From the human T2T-CHM13v2.0 reference genome, Homo sapiens, in assembly GCF_009914755.1 (NCBI RefSeq), contig NC_060948.1: a stretch of 64,000 bases of DNA. One strand, written 5' to 3'. Position numbers and translations under genes: made by a program. A model generated the notes under the pieces. It was not told the origin of the DNA. It worked only from the letters and a program-made list of their open reading frames with translations, and ran no database searches. Numbering within the stretch: the first letter of the stretch is position 1; the number at the start of each line of letters is the position of its first letter. Of the stretch, positions 28,401 through 42,099 are shown piece by piece.

Positions 28401-31100
28401 GGAATTGAATGGAAAGTAATGCAATGGAATAGAATGGAACGAAATTTCACGGAATGGAATCAAACTGAATGGAATCAAATCAATGGAATCAAATCAAATG
28501 GAATGGAAAGGAATTGAATGGAGTAGATGGGATTGGATGGGATTGGAATGAAATGTACTGGAAAGGACTCGAATTTCATGAAACGGAATGGAATGAATTG
28601 GAACGGAATTGACTCGAATGGAATGGAATGTCATGGGATGGCATCAAATGGAATGACATCAAATGGAATGGAATCGAATGCAATGGAATGCTATGGAATG
28701 GAATGGAATGCATTGGAATGGAATGTCCGCTAATGGAATGGATTCGAGTGGAATGGAATTGAATATAATGGAGTCGAATGAAATGGAATTGAAAGGAATG
28801 GGATCGAATACAATGGAATATACTGGAATGTAACGTAATGAACTCGAATGTAATTGACTGGAATGGAATGTACATGAATGGAATGTAATCGAATGGAAAG
28901 TAATCCAATGGAATAGAATCTAATGCAATAAAATCGACTCAGATAGAGTAGAATGTAATGGAATGGAGTGCAGTGCAATGGAATGGAATGGAATGGAATG
29001 CAATGGAATGGAATGGAATGGAATGGAATGGAATGGAATGGGATGGAATGGTATGGAATGGATAGTAATGGACTGGAGTGAAATGGACTGGAAAGGAATG
29101 GACTCAAATTGAAAGGGCTCGAAAGGAATGGAGTCAAATGGAATGGTCTGGAATGGAATGAACACGAATGTAATGCAACCCAATAGAATGGAATCGAATG
29201 GCATGGAATATAAAGAAATGGAATCGAAGAGAATGGAAACAAATGGAATGGAATTGAATGGAATGGAATTGAATGGAATGGGAACGAATGGAGTGAAATT
29301 GTATGCAGTAGAAGAGAATAGAATGGAATGCAAGCGAAAGGAAAGGAATGGATTGGAATGGAATGGAATTCATTGGAATGGAAGGGAATGTAGTGTAATG
29401 GACAGGCCTGGAATAAAGTGGAATGCTACGGTCTCGAATGGAATAAAAATGTATGGAATGGAATGCAATGAAACGGAATCGAATGTCATAGAATGTAATG
29501 GAATGCAAAAAAATGGAATCCAAAATCACTGACTGGAGAGGCTGGGTGTCGAAAGGAATTGACTCCAATGGAATGGAATCGAATGGAATGGAAGTGAATA
29601 GAATCGAACTAAATCGAATGGAATGGAATTGATAGGAACGGAATGGAAAGGAATGCAATGATTTGGCATGGAATGGAATCGAATGGCATCGAATGGAATG
29701 GAATGGAATGCAATGGAATGGAATGTATTAGAATGTAATGAACTTTAATGGAATGTACTCGAATGGATTCGACTGGAATGGAATGTTCTGGAAGTGAATG
29801 GACTCCAATGGAATGGATTCAAAAGGAATGGAATCGTACGGAATGGAATCTAATGGAATGGAATTAAATGGAAATGAATCAAATTGAATAGCACGGAATT
29901 GAATTGAATGGAATGGAATGCAATGGAATCTAATGAAACGGAAAGGAAAGGAATGGAATGGAATGGAATGGGCTGGAATGGATAGGAATCGAAACGAATG
30001 GAATGGAATCGAAGTGAAGAGACTGTAATGGAATGCACTGGAATGGAAGGGAGTGTAATGGAAGGCTCTCGAAAAAAATGGAATCGAATGGAATGGAATT
30101 GAATGGAACGGAATAGAGTCGAATGGAATTGAATGGAATGGAATGGACTAGAGTGAAATGGAATCGAACCACAAGGAATGGACAGGAATAGAATGGTCTC
30201 GAATTGAATGGAATCGTATGGAATGGCATCAAACGGAATGGAATGGACAGCCACGGAATGGAATGCACTCGAATGCAATGGAGTCGAAACTAATGGACTG
30301 GAATAGAATGGACTCGACTGGTACGGACTGCAATGGAATGGAATCGAATGGAAGGGAATCGAACGGAATGGAATCGAACGGAATGGACTCGAAGGGAAAA
30401 GACTGCAATGGAAAGGTCTCGAATGGAATGGAAATTAATGGAATGGAATGGAATCGAATGAAATGGAGTCAAAAGGAATGGAATCGAATGGCAAGAAATC
30501 GAATGTAATGGAATCGCCAGGAATTGATGTGAACGGAACGGAATGGAATGGAATCCAAAGGAATGGAATAGAATGGAATGGAATCGAATGGAAAGGACTC
30601 GAATGGAAATCACTCGAATAGAATGCAATTTAATAAAATAGGATCAAATGTAATGGAATGGAATGGAAGGGAATCGAAACGAAAGGAATGGAGACAGATG
30701 GAATGGAATGGAAGAGAGAGCAATGGTATAGAATGGAATGGAATCATCTGGAATGGAATTGAATGGAATGGAATAATATGAAATGGAATGGAATGGAATG
30801 GAATGGAATGCCCTTGAATTAAATGGACTGGAATGGAATGGACTCGAACAGAGTGGAATGGAAAGTGTTGAGATAGAATGGAATGGACTCCTTTGGAATG
30901 GTGTAGTATGCAATGCAATCGACTGGCAGGGAATCAAAAGGAATGTAATCGAATGGATTGGACTGGAATGCAATGGACTCGAATAGATTGGAAACGGAAT
31001 GCAAAGGAATGGAATGGAATAGTATGGAATGGAATGGAAAGGAATGGAGTGGAATATACTAGAGTGGAATGGAATGGACTGGAAAGCAATGGACTGGAAT

Positions 31101-31115
31101 GGAACTTTCTTGAAT
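31101..31115. promoter_or_regulatory. Subfamily-specific perfect heat-shock element motif (HSE-3)
   Basis: GGAACTTTCTTGAAT = GAA-ct-TTC-tt-GAA in units 9-11 and 13-18. Units 1-8 and 12 have GGAACTTTCTTGGAT (one mismatch). Confidence 0.5.
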
Positions 31116-34100
31116 GGACTGGAATCAAACGGAATGGAATGCAATGCAATCAAATGGCATGGAATAAAATAGAATGAAAGAGAATCAAATGGAATTGAAT
31201 CGAATGGAATCGAATGGATTGGAAAGGAATAGAATGGAATGGAATGGAATTGACTCAAATGGAATGGACTAGAATGGAATGGATTCGAATGGAAGGCAAA
31301 GGAATGGAATCTATTGGAATGGACTGTAATGGAATGGAACGGAAGGGATTGGAATGGACTCGAATGGAATGGACTGCAATAGAAAGGATTCGAATGGAAT
31401 GAAAAAGAATTGAATGGAATAGAACAGAATGGAATCAAATCGAATGAAATGGAATGGAATAGAAAAGAATGGAATGAAATGGAATGGAAAGGATTCGAAT
31501 GGAATGCAATCGAATGGAATGGAATCGAACGGAATGGAATAAAATGGAAGAAAACTGGCAAGAAATGGAATCGAAATGAATGGAGTGTTATGGAACGGAC
31601 TCAAAAGGAATTGAATGTAATAGAATGGAGTGGAGTGGACTCGAATATAATGGACTGGAATGGAATGAAATCACATGGAATGGGAACGAATGGAATGGAA
31701 TGGAAAGGAATGGAATCGAATGGAAAGGAATCGAATGGAAGGGAATGAAATTGAATCAACAGGAATGGAAGGGAATAGAATAGACGGTAATGGAATGGAC
31801 TCGAATAGAATGGACACGAATGCTCAAATTGAATGGACTCGAATGGAATGGAAACGAAAGGAATGTCATCGAATGGAATTGAATCGATTGGAATGAAATC
31901 GTGTAGAATGGAGTGGAATCAAATGGAATTGAATCGAAAGGAAAGGAAGCAAATGGACTGAAACGAAATGGAATGGAATTGAATAGAAAGTTATGTAATG
32001 GAATAGAATGGAACGAAATTTCACGGAATGGAATCAAACTGAATGGAATCAAATCAATGGAATCAAATCAAATGGAATGGATAGGAATTGAATGGAGTAG
32101 ATTGGATTGGATGGGATTGGAATGAAATGTACTGGAAAGGACTCGAATTTCATGAAACGGAATGGAATGAATTGGAACGGAACGGACTCGAATGGAATGG
32201 AATGTCATGGAATGGCATCAAATGGAATGGCATCAAATGGAATGGAATCGAATGCAATGGAATGCTATGGAATGGAATGGAATGCATTGGAATGGAATGT
32301 CCTCTAATGGAATGGATTCGAGTGGAATGGAATCGAATATAATGGAGTCGAATGAAATGGAATTGAAAGGAATGGGATCGAATACAATGGAATATACTGG
32401 AATGTAATGTAATGAACTCGAATGTAATTGACTGGAATGGAATGTACATGAATGGAATGTAATCGAATGGAAAGTAATCCAATGGAATAGAATCTAATGC
32501 AATAAAATCGACTCAGATAGAGTAGAATGTAATGGAATGGAGTGCAGTGCAATGGAATGGAAAGGAATGGAATGCAATGGAATGGAATGGAATGGAATGG
32601 AATGGAACGGAATGGAATGGTGTTTAATGGATAGTAATGGACTGGAGTGAAATGGACTGGAAAGGAATGGACTCAAATTGAAAGGGCTCGAAAGGAATGG
32701 AGTCAAATGGAATGTTCTGGAATGGAATGAACACGAAGGTAATGCAATCCAATAGAATGGAATCGAATGGCATGGAATATAAAGAAATGGAATCGAAGAG
32801 AATGGAAACAAATGGAATGGAATTGAGTGGAATGGAATTGAATGGAATGGGAACGAATGGAGTGAAATTGTATGCAGTAGAAGAGAATAGAATGGAATGC
32901 AAGCGAAAGGAAAGGAATGGATTGGAATGGAATGGAATTCATTGGAATGGAAGGGAATGTAGTGTAATGGACAGGCCTGGAATAAAGTGGAATGCTACGG
33001 TCTCGAATGGAATAAAAATGTATGGAATGGAATGCAATGAAACGGAATCGAATGTCATAGAATGTAATGGAATGCAACAAAATGGAATCCAAAATCATTG
33101 ACTGGAAAGGCTGGGTGTCGAAAGGAATTGACTCCAATGGAATGGAATCGAATGGAATGGAAGTGAATAGAATCGAACTAAATCGAATGGAATGGAATTG
33201 ATAGGAACGGAATGGAAAGGAATGCAATGATTTGGCATGGAATGGAATCGAATGGCATCGAATGGAATGGAATGGAATGCAATGGAATGGAATGTATTAG
33301 AATGTAATGAACTTTAATGGAATGTACTCGAATGGATTCGACTGGAATGGAATGTTCTGGAAGTGAATGGACTCCAATGGAATGGATTCAAAAGGAATGG
33401 AATCGTACGGAATGGAATCTAATGGAATGGAATTAAATGGAAATGAATCAAATTGAATAGCACGGAATTGAATTGAATGGAATGGAATGCAATGGAATCT
33501 AATGAAACGGAAAGGAAAGGAATGGAATGGAATGGAATGGGCTGGAATGGAAAGGAATCGAAACGAATGGAATGGAATCGAACTGAAGAGACTGGAATGG
33601 AATGCACTGGAATGGAAGGGAGTGTAATGGAAGGTTCTCGAAAAAAATGGAATCGAATGGAATGGAATTGAATGGAACGGAATAGAGTCGAATGGAATTG
33701 AATGGAATGGAATGGACTAGAGTGAAATGGAATCGAACCACAAGGAATGGAGATGAATAGAATGGTCTCGAATTGAATGGAATCGTATGGAATGGCATCA
33801 AACGGAATGGAATGGACAGCCACGGAATGGAATGCACTCGAATGCAATGGAATCGAAACTAATGGACTGGAATAGAATGGACTCGACTGGTACGGACTCC
33901 AATGGAATGGAATCGAATGGAAGGGAATCGAACGTAATGGACTCGAAGGGAAAAGACTGCAATGGAAAGGTCTCGAATGGAATGGAAATTAATGGAATGG
34001 AATGGAATCGAATGAAATGGAGTCAAAAGGAATGGAATCGAATGGCAAGAAATCGAATGTAATGGAATCGCAAGGAATTGATGTGAATGGAACGGAATGG

Positions 34101-37100
34101 AATGGAATCCAAAGGAATGGAATAGAATGGAATGGAATCGAATGGAAAGGACTCGAATGGAAATCACTCGAATAGAATGCAATTTAATAAAATAGGATCA
34201 AATGTAATGGAATGGAATGGAAAGGAATCGAAACGAAAGGAATGGAGACAGATGGAATGGAATGGAACAGAGAGCAATGGTATAGAATGGAATGGAATCA
34301 TCTGGAATGGAATTGAATGGAATGGAATAATATGAAATGGAATGGAATGGAATGGAATGGAATGGAATGCCCTTGAATTAAATGGACTGGAATGGAATGG
34401 ACTCGAACAGAGTGGAATGGAAAGTGTTGAGATAGAATGGAATGGACTCCTTTGGAATGGTCTAGTATGCAATGCAATCGACTGTCAGGGAATCAAAAGG
34501 AATGTAATCGAATGGATTGGACTGGAATGCAATGGACTCGAATAGATTGGAAACGGAATGCAAAGGAATGGAATGGAATAGTATGGAATGGAATGGAAAG
34601 GAATGGAGTGGAATAGACTAGAGTGGAATGGAATGGACTGGAAAGCAATGGACTGGAATGGAACTTTCTTGAATGGACTGGAATCAAACGGAATGGAATG
34701 CAATGCAATCAAATGGCATGGAATAAAATAGAATGAAAGAGAATCAAATGGAATTGAATCGAATGGAATCGAATGGATTGTAAAGGAATAGAATGGAATG
34801 GAATGGAATTGACTCAAATGGAATGGACTAGAATGGAATGGATTCGAATGGAAGGCAAAGGAATGGAATCTATTGGAATGGACTGTAATGGAATGGAATG
34901 GAAGGGATTGGAATGGACTCGAATGGAATGGACTGCAATAGAAAGGTTTCGAATGGAATGAAAAAGAATTGAATGGAATAGAACAGAATGGAATCAAATC
35001 GAATGAAATGGAATGGAATAGAAAGGAATGGAATGAAATGGAATGGAAAGGATTCGAATGGAATGCAATCGAATGGAATGGAATCGAACGGAATGGAATA
35101 AAATGGAAGAAAACTGGCAAGAAATGGAATCGAAATGAATGGAGTGTTATGGAACGGACTCAAAAGGAATTGAATGTAATAGAATGGAGTGGAGTGGACT
35201 CGAATATAATGGACTGGAATGGAATGAAATCACATGGAATGGGAACGAATGGAATGGAATGGAAAGGAATGGAATCGAATGGAAAGGAATCGAATGGAAG
35301 GGAATGAAATTGAATCAACAGGAATGGAAGGGAATAGAATAGACGGTAATGGAATGGACTCGAATAGAATGGACACGAATGCTCAAATTGAATGGATTCG
35401 AATGGAATGGAAACGAAAGGAATGTCATCGAATGGAATTGAATCGATTGGAATGAAATCGCATAGAATGGAGTGGAATCAAATGGAATTGAATCGAAAGG
35501 AAAGGAAGCGAATGGACTGAAATGAAATGGAATGGAATTGAATGGAAAGTAATGCAATGGAATAGAATGGAACGAAATTTCACGGAATGGAATCAAACTG
35601 AATGGAATCAAATCAATGGAATCTAATCAAATGGAATGGAAAGGAATTGAATGGAGTAGATTGGATTGGATGGGATTGGAATGAAATGTACTGGAAAGGA
35701 CTCGAATTTCATGAAACGGAATGGAATGAATTGGAACGGAATGGACTCGAATGGAATGGAATGTCATGGAATGGCATCGAATGGAATGGCATCAAATGGA
35801 ATGGAATCGAATGCAATGGAATGTTATGGAATGGAATGGAATGCATTGGAATGGAATGTCCTCTAATGGAATGGATTCGAGTGGAATGGAATCGAATATA
35901 ATGGAGTCGAATGAAATGGAATTGAAAGGAATGGGATCGAATAGAATGGAATATACTGGAATGTAATGTAATGAACACGAATGTAATTGACTGGAATGGA
36001 ATGTACATGAATGGAAGGTAATCGAATGGAAAGTAATCCAATGGAATAGAATCTAATGCAATAAAACCGAATCAGATAGAGTAGAATGTAATGGAATGGA
36101 GTGCAGTGCAATGGAATGGAATGGAATTGAATGCAATGGAATGGAATGGAATGGAATGGAATGGGATGGAATGGTATGGAATGGATAGTAATGGACTGGA
36201 GTGAAATGGACTGGAAAGGAATGGACTCAAATTGAAAGGGCTCGAAAGGAATGGAGTCAAATGGAATGGTCTGGAATGGAATGAACACGAATGTAATGCA
36301 ATCCAATAGAATGGAATCGAATGGCATGGAATATAAAGAAATGGAATCGAAGAGAATGGAAACAAATGGAATGGAATTGAATGGAATGGAATTGAATGGA
36401 ATGGGAACGAATGGAGTGAAATTGTATGCAGTAGAAGGGAATAGAATGGAATGCAAGCGAAAGGAAAGGAATGGATTGGAATGGAATGGAATTCATTGGA
36501 ATGGAAGGGAATGTAGTGTAATGGACAGGCCTGGAATAAAGTGGAATGCTACGGTCTCGAATGGAATAAAAATGTATGGAATGGAATGCAATGAAACGGA
36601 ATCGAATGTCATAGAATGTAATGGAATGCAACAAAATGGAATCCAAAATCATTGACTGGAAAGGCTGGGTTTCGAAAGGAATTGACTCCAATGGAATGGA
36701 ATCGAATGGAATGGAAGTGAATAGAATCGAACTAAATCGAATGGAATGGAATTGATAGGAACGGAATGGAAAGGAATGCAATGATTTGGCATGGAATGGA
36801 ATCGAATGGCATCGAATGGAATGGAATGGAATGCAATGGAATGGAATGTATTAGAATGTAATGAACTTTAATGGAATGTACTCGAATGGATTCGACTGGA
36901 ATGGAATGTTCTGGAAGTGAATGGACTCCAATGGAATGGATTCAAAAGGAATGGAATCGTACGGAATGGAATCTAATGGAATGGAATTAAATGGAAATGA
37001 ATCAAATTGAATAGCACGGAATTGAATTGAATGGAATGGAATGCAATGGAATCTAATGAAACGGAAAGGAAAGGAATGGAATGGAATGGAATGGGCTGGA

Positions 37101-40100
37101 ATGGAAAGGAATCGAAACGAATGGAATGGAATCGAACTGAAGAGACTGGAATGGAATGCACTGGAATGGAAGGGAGTGTAATGGAAGGTTCTCGAAAAAA
37201 ATGGAATCGAATGGAATGGAATTGAATGGAACGGAATAGAGTCGAATGGAATTGAATGGAATGGAATGGACTAGAGTGAAATGGAATCGAACCACAAGGA
37301 ATGGACAGGAATAGAATGGTCTCGAATTGAATGGAATCGTATGGAATGGCATCAAACGGAATGGAATGGACAGCCACGGAATGGAATGCACTCGAATGCA
37401 ATGGAGTCGAAACTAATGGACTGGAATAGAATGGACTCGACTGGTACGGACTCCAATGGAATGGAATCGAATGGAAGGGAATCGAACGGAATGGACTCGA
37501 AGGGAAAAGACTGCAATGGAAAGGTCTCGAATGGAATGGAAATTAATGGAATGGAATGGAATCGAATGAAATGGAGTGAAAAGGAATGGAATCGAATGGC
37601 AAGAAATCGAATGTAATGGAATCGCAAGGAATTGATGTGAACGGAACGGAATGGAATGGAATCCAAAGGAATGGAATAGAATGGAATGGAATCGAATGGA
37701 AAGGACTCGAATGGAAATCACTCGAATAGAATGCAATTTAATAAAATAGGATCAAATGTAATGGAATGGAATGGAAAGGAATCGAAACGAAAGGAATGGA
37801 GACAGATGGAATGGAATGGAACAGAGAGCAATGGTATAGAATGGAATGGAATCATCTGGAATGGAATTGAATGGAATGGAATAATATGAAATGGAATGGA
37901 ATGGAATGGAATGGAATGCCCTTGAATTAAATGGACTGGAATGGAATGGACTCGAACAGAGTGGAATGGAAAGTGTTGAGATAGAATGGAATGGACTCCT
38001 TTGGAATGGTCTAGTATGCAATGCAATCGACTGTCAGGGAATCAAAAGGAATGTAATCGAATGGATTGGACTGGAATGCAATGGACTCGAATAGATTGGA
38101 AACGGAATGCAAAGGAATGGAATGGAATAGTATGGAATGGAATGGAAAGGAATGGAGTGGAATAGACTAGAGTGGAATGGAATGGACTGGAAAGCAATGG
38201 ACTGGAATGGAACTTTCTTGAATGGACTGGAATCAAACGGAATGGAATGCAATGCAATCAAATGGCATGGAATAAAATAGAATGAAAGAGAATCAAATGG
38301 AATTGAATCGAATGGAATCGAATGGATTGTAAAGGAATAGAATGGAATGGAATGGAATTGACTCAAATGGAATGGACTAGAATGGAATGGATTCGAATGG
38401 AAGGCAAAGGAATGGAATCTATTGGAATGGACTGTAATGGAATGGAATGGAAGGGATTGGAATGGACTCGAATGGAATGGACTGCAATAGAAAGGATTCG
38501 AATGAATGAAAAAGAATTGAATGGAATAGAACAGAATGGAATCAAATCGAATGAAATGGAATGGAATAGAAAGGAATGGAATGAAATGGAATGGAAAGGA
38601 TTCGAATGGAATGCAATCGAATGGAATGGAATCGAACGGAATGGAATAAAATGGAAGAAAACTGGCAAGAAATGGAATCGAAATGAATGGAGTGTTATGG
38701 AACGGACTCAAAAGGAATTGAATGTAATAGAATGGAGTGGAGTGGACTCGAATATAATGGACTGGAATGGAATGAAATCACATGGAATGGGAACGAATGG
38801 AATGGAATGGAAAGGAATGGAATCGAATGGAAAGGAATCGAATGGAAGGGAATGAAATTGAATCAACAGGAACGGAAGGGAATAGAATAGACGGTAATGG
38901 AATGGACTCGAATAGAATGGACACGAATGCTCAAATTGAATGGATTCGAATGGAATGGAAACGAAAGGAATGTCATCGAATGGAATTGAATCGATTGGAA
39001 TGAAATCGCATAGAATGGAGTGGAATCAAATGGAATTGAATCGAAAGGAAAGGAAGCGAATGGACTGAAATGAAATGGAATGGAATTGAATGGAAAGTAA
39101 TGCAATGGAATAGAATGGAACGAAATTTCACGGAATGGAATCAAACTGAATGGAATCAAATCAATGGAATCCAATCAAATGGAATGGAGTAGATTGGATT
39201 GGATGGGATTGGAATGAAATGTACTGGAAAGGACTCGAATTTCATGAAACGGAATGCAATGAATTGGAACGGAATGGACTCGAATGGAATGGAATGTCAT
39301 AGAATGGCATCAAATGGATTGGCATCAAATGGAATGGAATAGAATGCAATAGAATGCTATGGAATGGAATGGAATGCATTGGAATGGAATGTCCTCTAAT
39401 GGAATGGATTCGAGTGGAATGGAATCGAATATAATGGAGTCGAATGAAATGGAATTGAAAGGAATGGGATCGAATACAATGGAATATACTGGAATGTAAT
39501 GTAATGAACTCGAATGTAATTGACTGGAATGGAATGTACATGAATGGAATGTAATCGAATGGAAAGTAATCCAATGGAATAGAATCTAATGCAATAAAAT
39601 CGACTCAGATAGAGTAGAATGTAATGGAATGGAGTGCAGTGCAATGGAATGGAATGGAATGGAATGCAATGGAATGGAATGGAATGGAATGGAATGGAAT
39701 GGAATGGAATGGAATGGAATGGGATGGAATGGTATGGAATGGATAGTAATGGACTGGAGTGAAATGGACTGGAATGGAATGGACTCAAATTGAAAGGGCT
39801 AGAAAGGAATGGAGTCAAATGGAATGGTCTGGAATGGAATGAACACGAATGTAATGCAATCCAATAGAATGGAATCGAATGGCATGGAATATAAAGAAAT
39901 GGAATCGAAGAGAATGGAAACAAATGGAATGGAATTGAATGGAATGGAATTGAATGGAATGGGAACGAATGGAGTGAAATTGTATGCAGTAGAAGGGAAT
40001 AGAATGGAATGCAAGCGAAAGGAAAGGAATGGATTGGAATGGAATGGAATTCATTGGAATGGAAGGGAATGTAGTGTAATGGACAGGCCTGGAATAAAGT

Positions 40101-42099
40101 GGAATGCTACGGTCTCGAATGGAATAAAAATGTATGGAATGGAATGCAATGAAACGGAATCGAATGTCATAGAATGTAATGGAATGCAAAAAAATGGAAT
40201 CCAAAATCATTGACTGGAAAGGCTGGGTGTCGAAAGGAATTGACTGCAATGGAATGGAATCGAATGGAATGGAAGTGAATAGAATCGAACTAAATCGAAT
40301 GGAATGGAATTGATAGGAACGGAATGGAAAGGAATGCAATGATTTGGCATGGAATGGAATCGAATGGCATCGAATGGAATGGAATGGAATGCAATGGAAT
40401 GGAATGTATTAGAATGTAATGAACATTAATGGAATGTACTCGAATGGATTCGACTGGAATGGAATGTTCTGGAAGTGAATGGACTCCAATGGAATGAATT
40501 CGAAAGGAATGGAATCGAACGGAATGGATTCTAATGGAATGGAATTAAATGGAAATGAATCAAATTGAATAGCACGGAATTGAATTGAATGGAATCGAAT
40601 GCAATGGAATCTAATGAAACGGAAAGGAAAGAATGGAATGGAATAGAATGGGCTGGAATGGAAAGGAATCGAAACGAATGGAATGGAATCGAACTGAAGA
40701 GACTGGAATGGAATGCACTGGAATGGAAGGGAGTGTAATGGAAGGTTCTCGAAAAAAATGGAATCGAATGGAATGGAATTGAATGGAACGGAATAGAGTC
40801 GAATGGAATTGAATGGAATGGAATGGACTAGAGTGAAATGGAATCGAACCACAAGGAATGGACATGAATAGAATGGTCTCGAATTGAATGGAATCGTATG
40901 GAATGGCATCAAACGGAATGGAATGGACAGCCACGGAATGGAATGCACTCGAATGCAATGGAGTCGAAACTAATGGACTGGAATAGAATGGACTCGACTG
41001 GTACGGACTCCAATGGAATGGAATCGAATGGAAGGGAATCGAACGGAATGGACTCGAAGGGAAAAGACTGCAATGGAAAGGTCTCGAATGGAATGGAAAT
41101 TAATGGGATGGAATGGAATCGAATGAAATGGAGTCAAAAGGAATGGAATCGAATGGTAAGAAATTGAATGTAATGGAATCGCAAGGAATTGATGTGAACG
41201 GAACGGAATGGAATGGAATCCAAAGGAATGGAATAGAATGGAACGGAGTCGAATGGAAAGGACTCGAATGGAAATCACTCGAATAGAATGCAATTTAATA
41301 AAATAGGATCAAATGTAATGGAATGGAATGGAAAGGAATCGAAACGAAAGGAATGGAGACAGATGGAATGGAATGGAACAGAGAGCAATGGTATAGAATG
41401 GAATGGAATCATCTGGAATGGAATTGAATGGAATGGAATAATATGAAATGGAATGGAATGGAATGGAATGCCCTTGAATTAAATGGACTGGAATGGAATG
41501 GACTCGAACAGAGTGGAATGGAAAGTGTTGAAATAGAATGGAATGGACTCCTTTGGAATGGTCTAGTATGCAATGCAATCGACTGGCAGGGAATCAAAAG
41601 GAATGTCATCGAATGGATTGGACTGGAATGCAATGGACTCGAATAGATTGGAAACGGAATGCAAAGGAATGGAATGGAATAGTATGGAATGCAATGGAAG
41701 GGAATGGAGTGGAATAGACTAGAGTGGAATGGAATGGACTGGAAAGCAATGGACTGGAATGGAACTTTCTTGGATGGACTGGAATCAAACGGAATGGAAT
41801 GCAATGCAATCAAATGGCATGGAATAAAATAGAATGAAAGAGAATCAAATGGAATTGAATCGAATGGAATCGAATGGATTGGAAAGGAATAGAATGGAAT
41901 GGAATGGAATTGACTCAAATGGAATGGACTAGAATGGAATGGATTCGAATGGAAGGCAAAGGAATGGAATCTATTGGAATGGACTGTAATGGAATGGAAT
42001 GGAAGGGATTGGAATGGACTCGAATGGAATGGACTGCAATAGAAAGGATTCGAATGGAATGAAAAAGAATTGAATGGAATAGAACAGAATGGAATCAAA

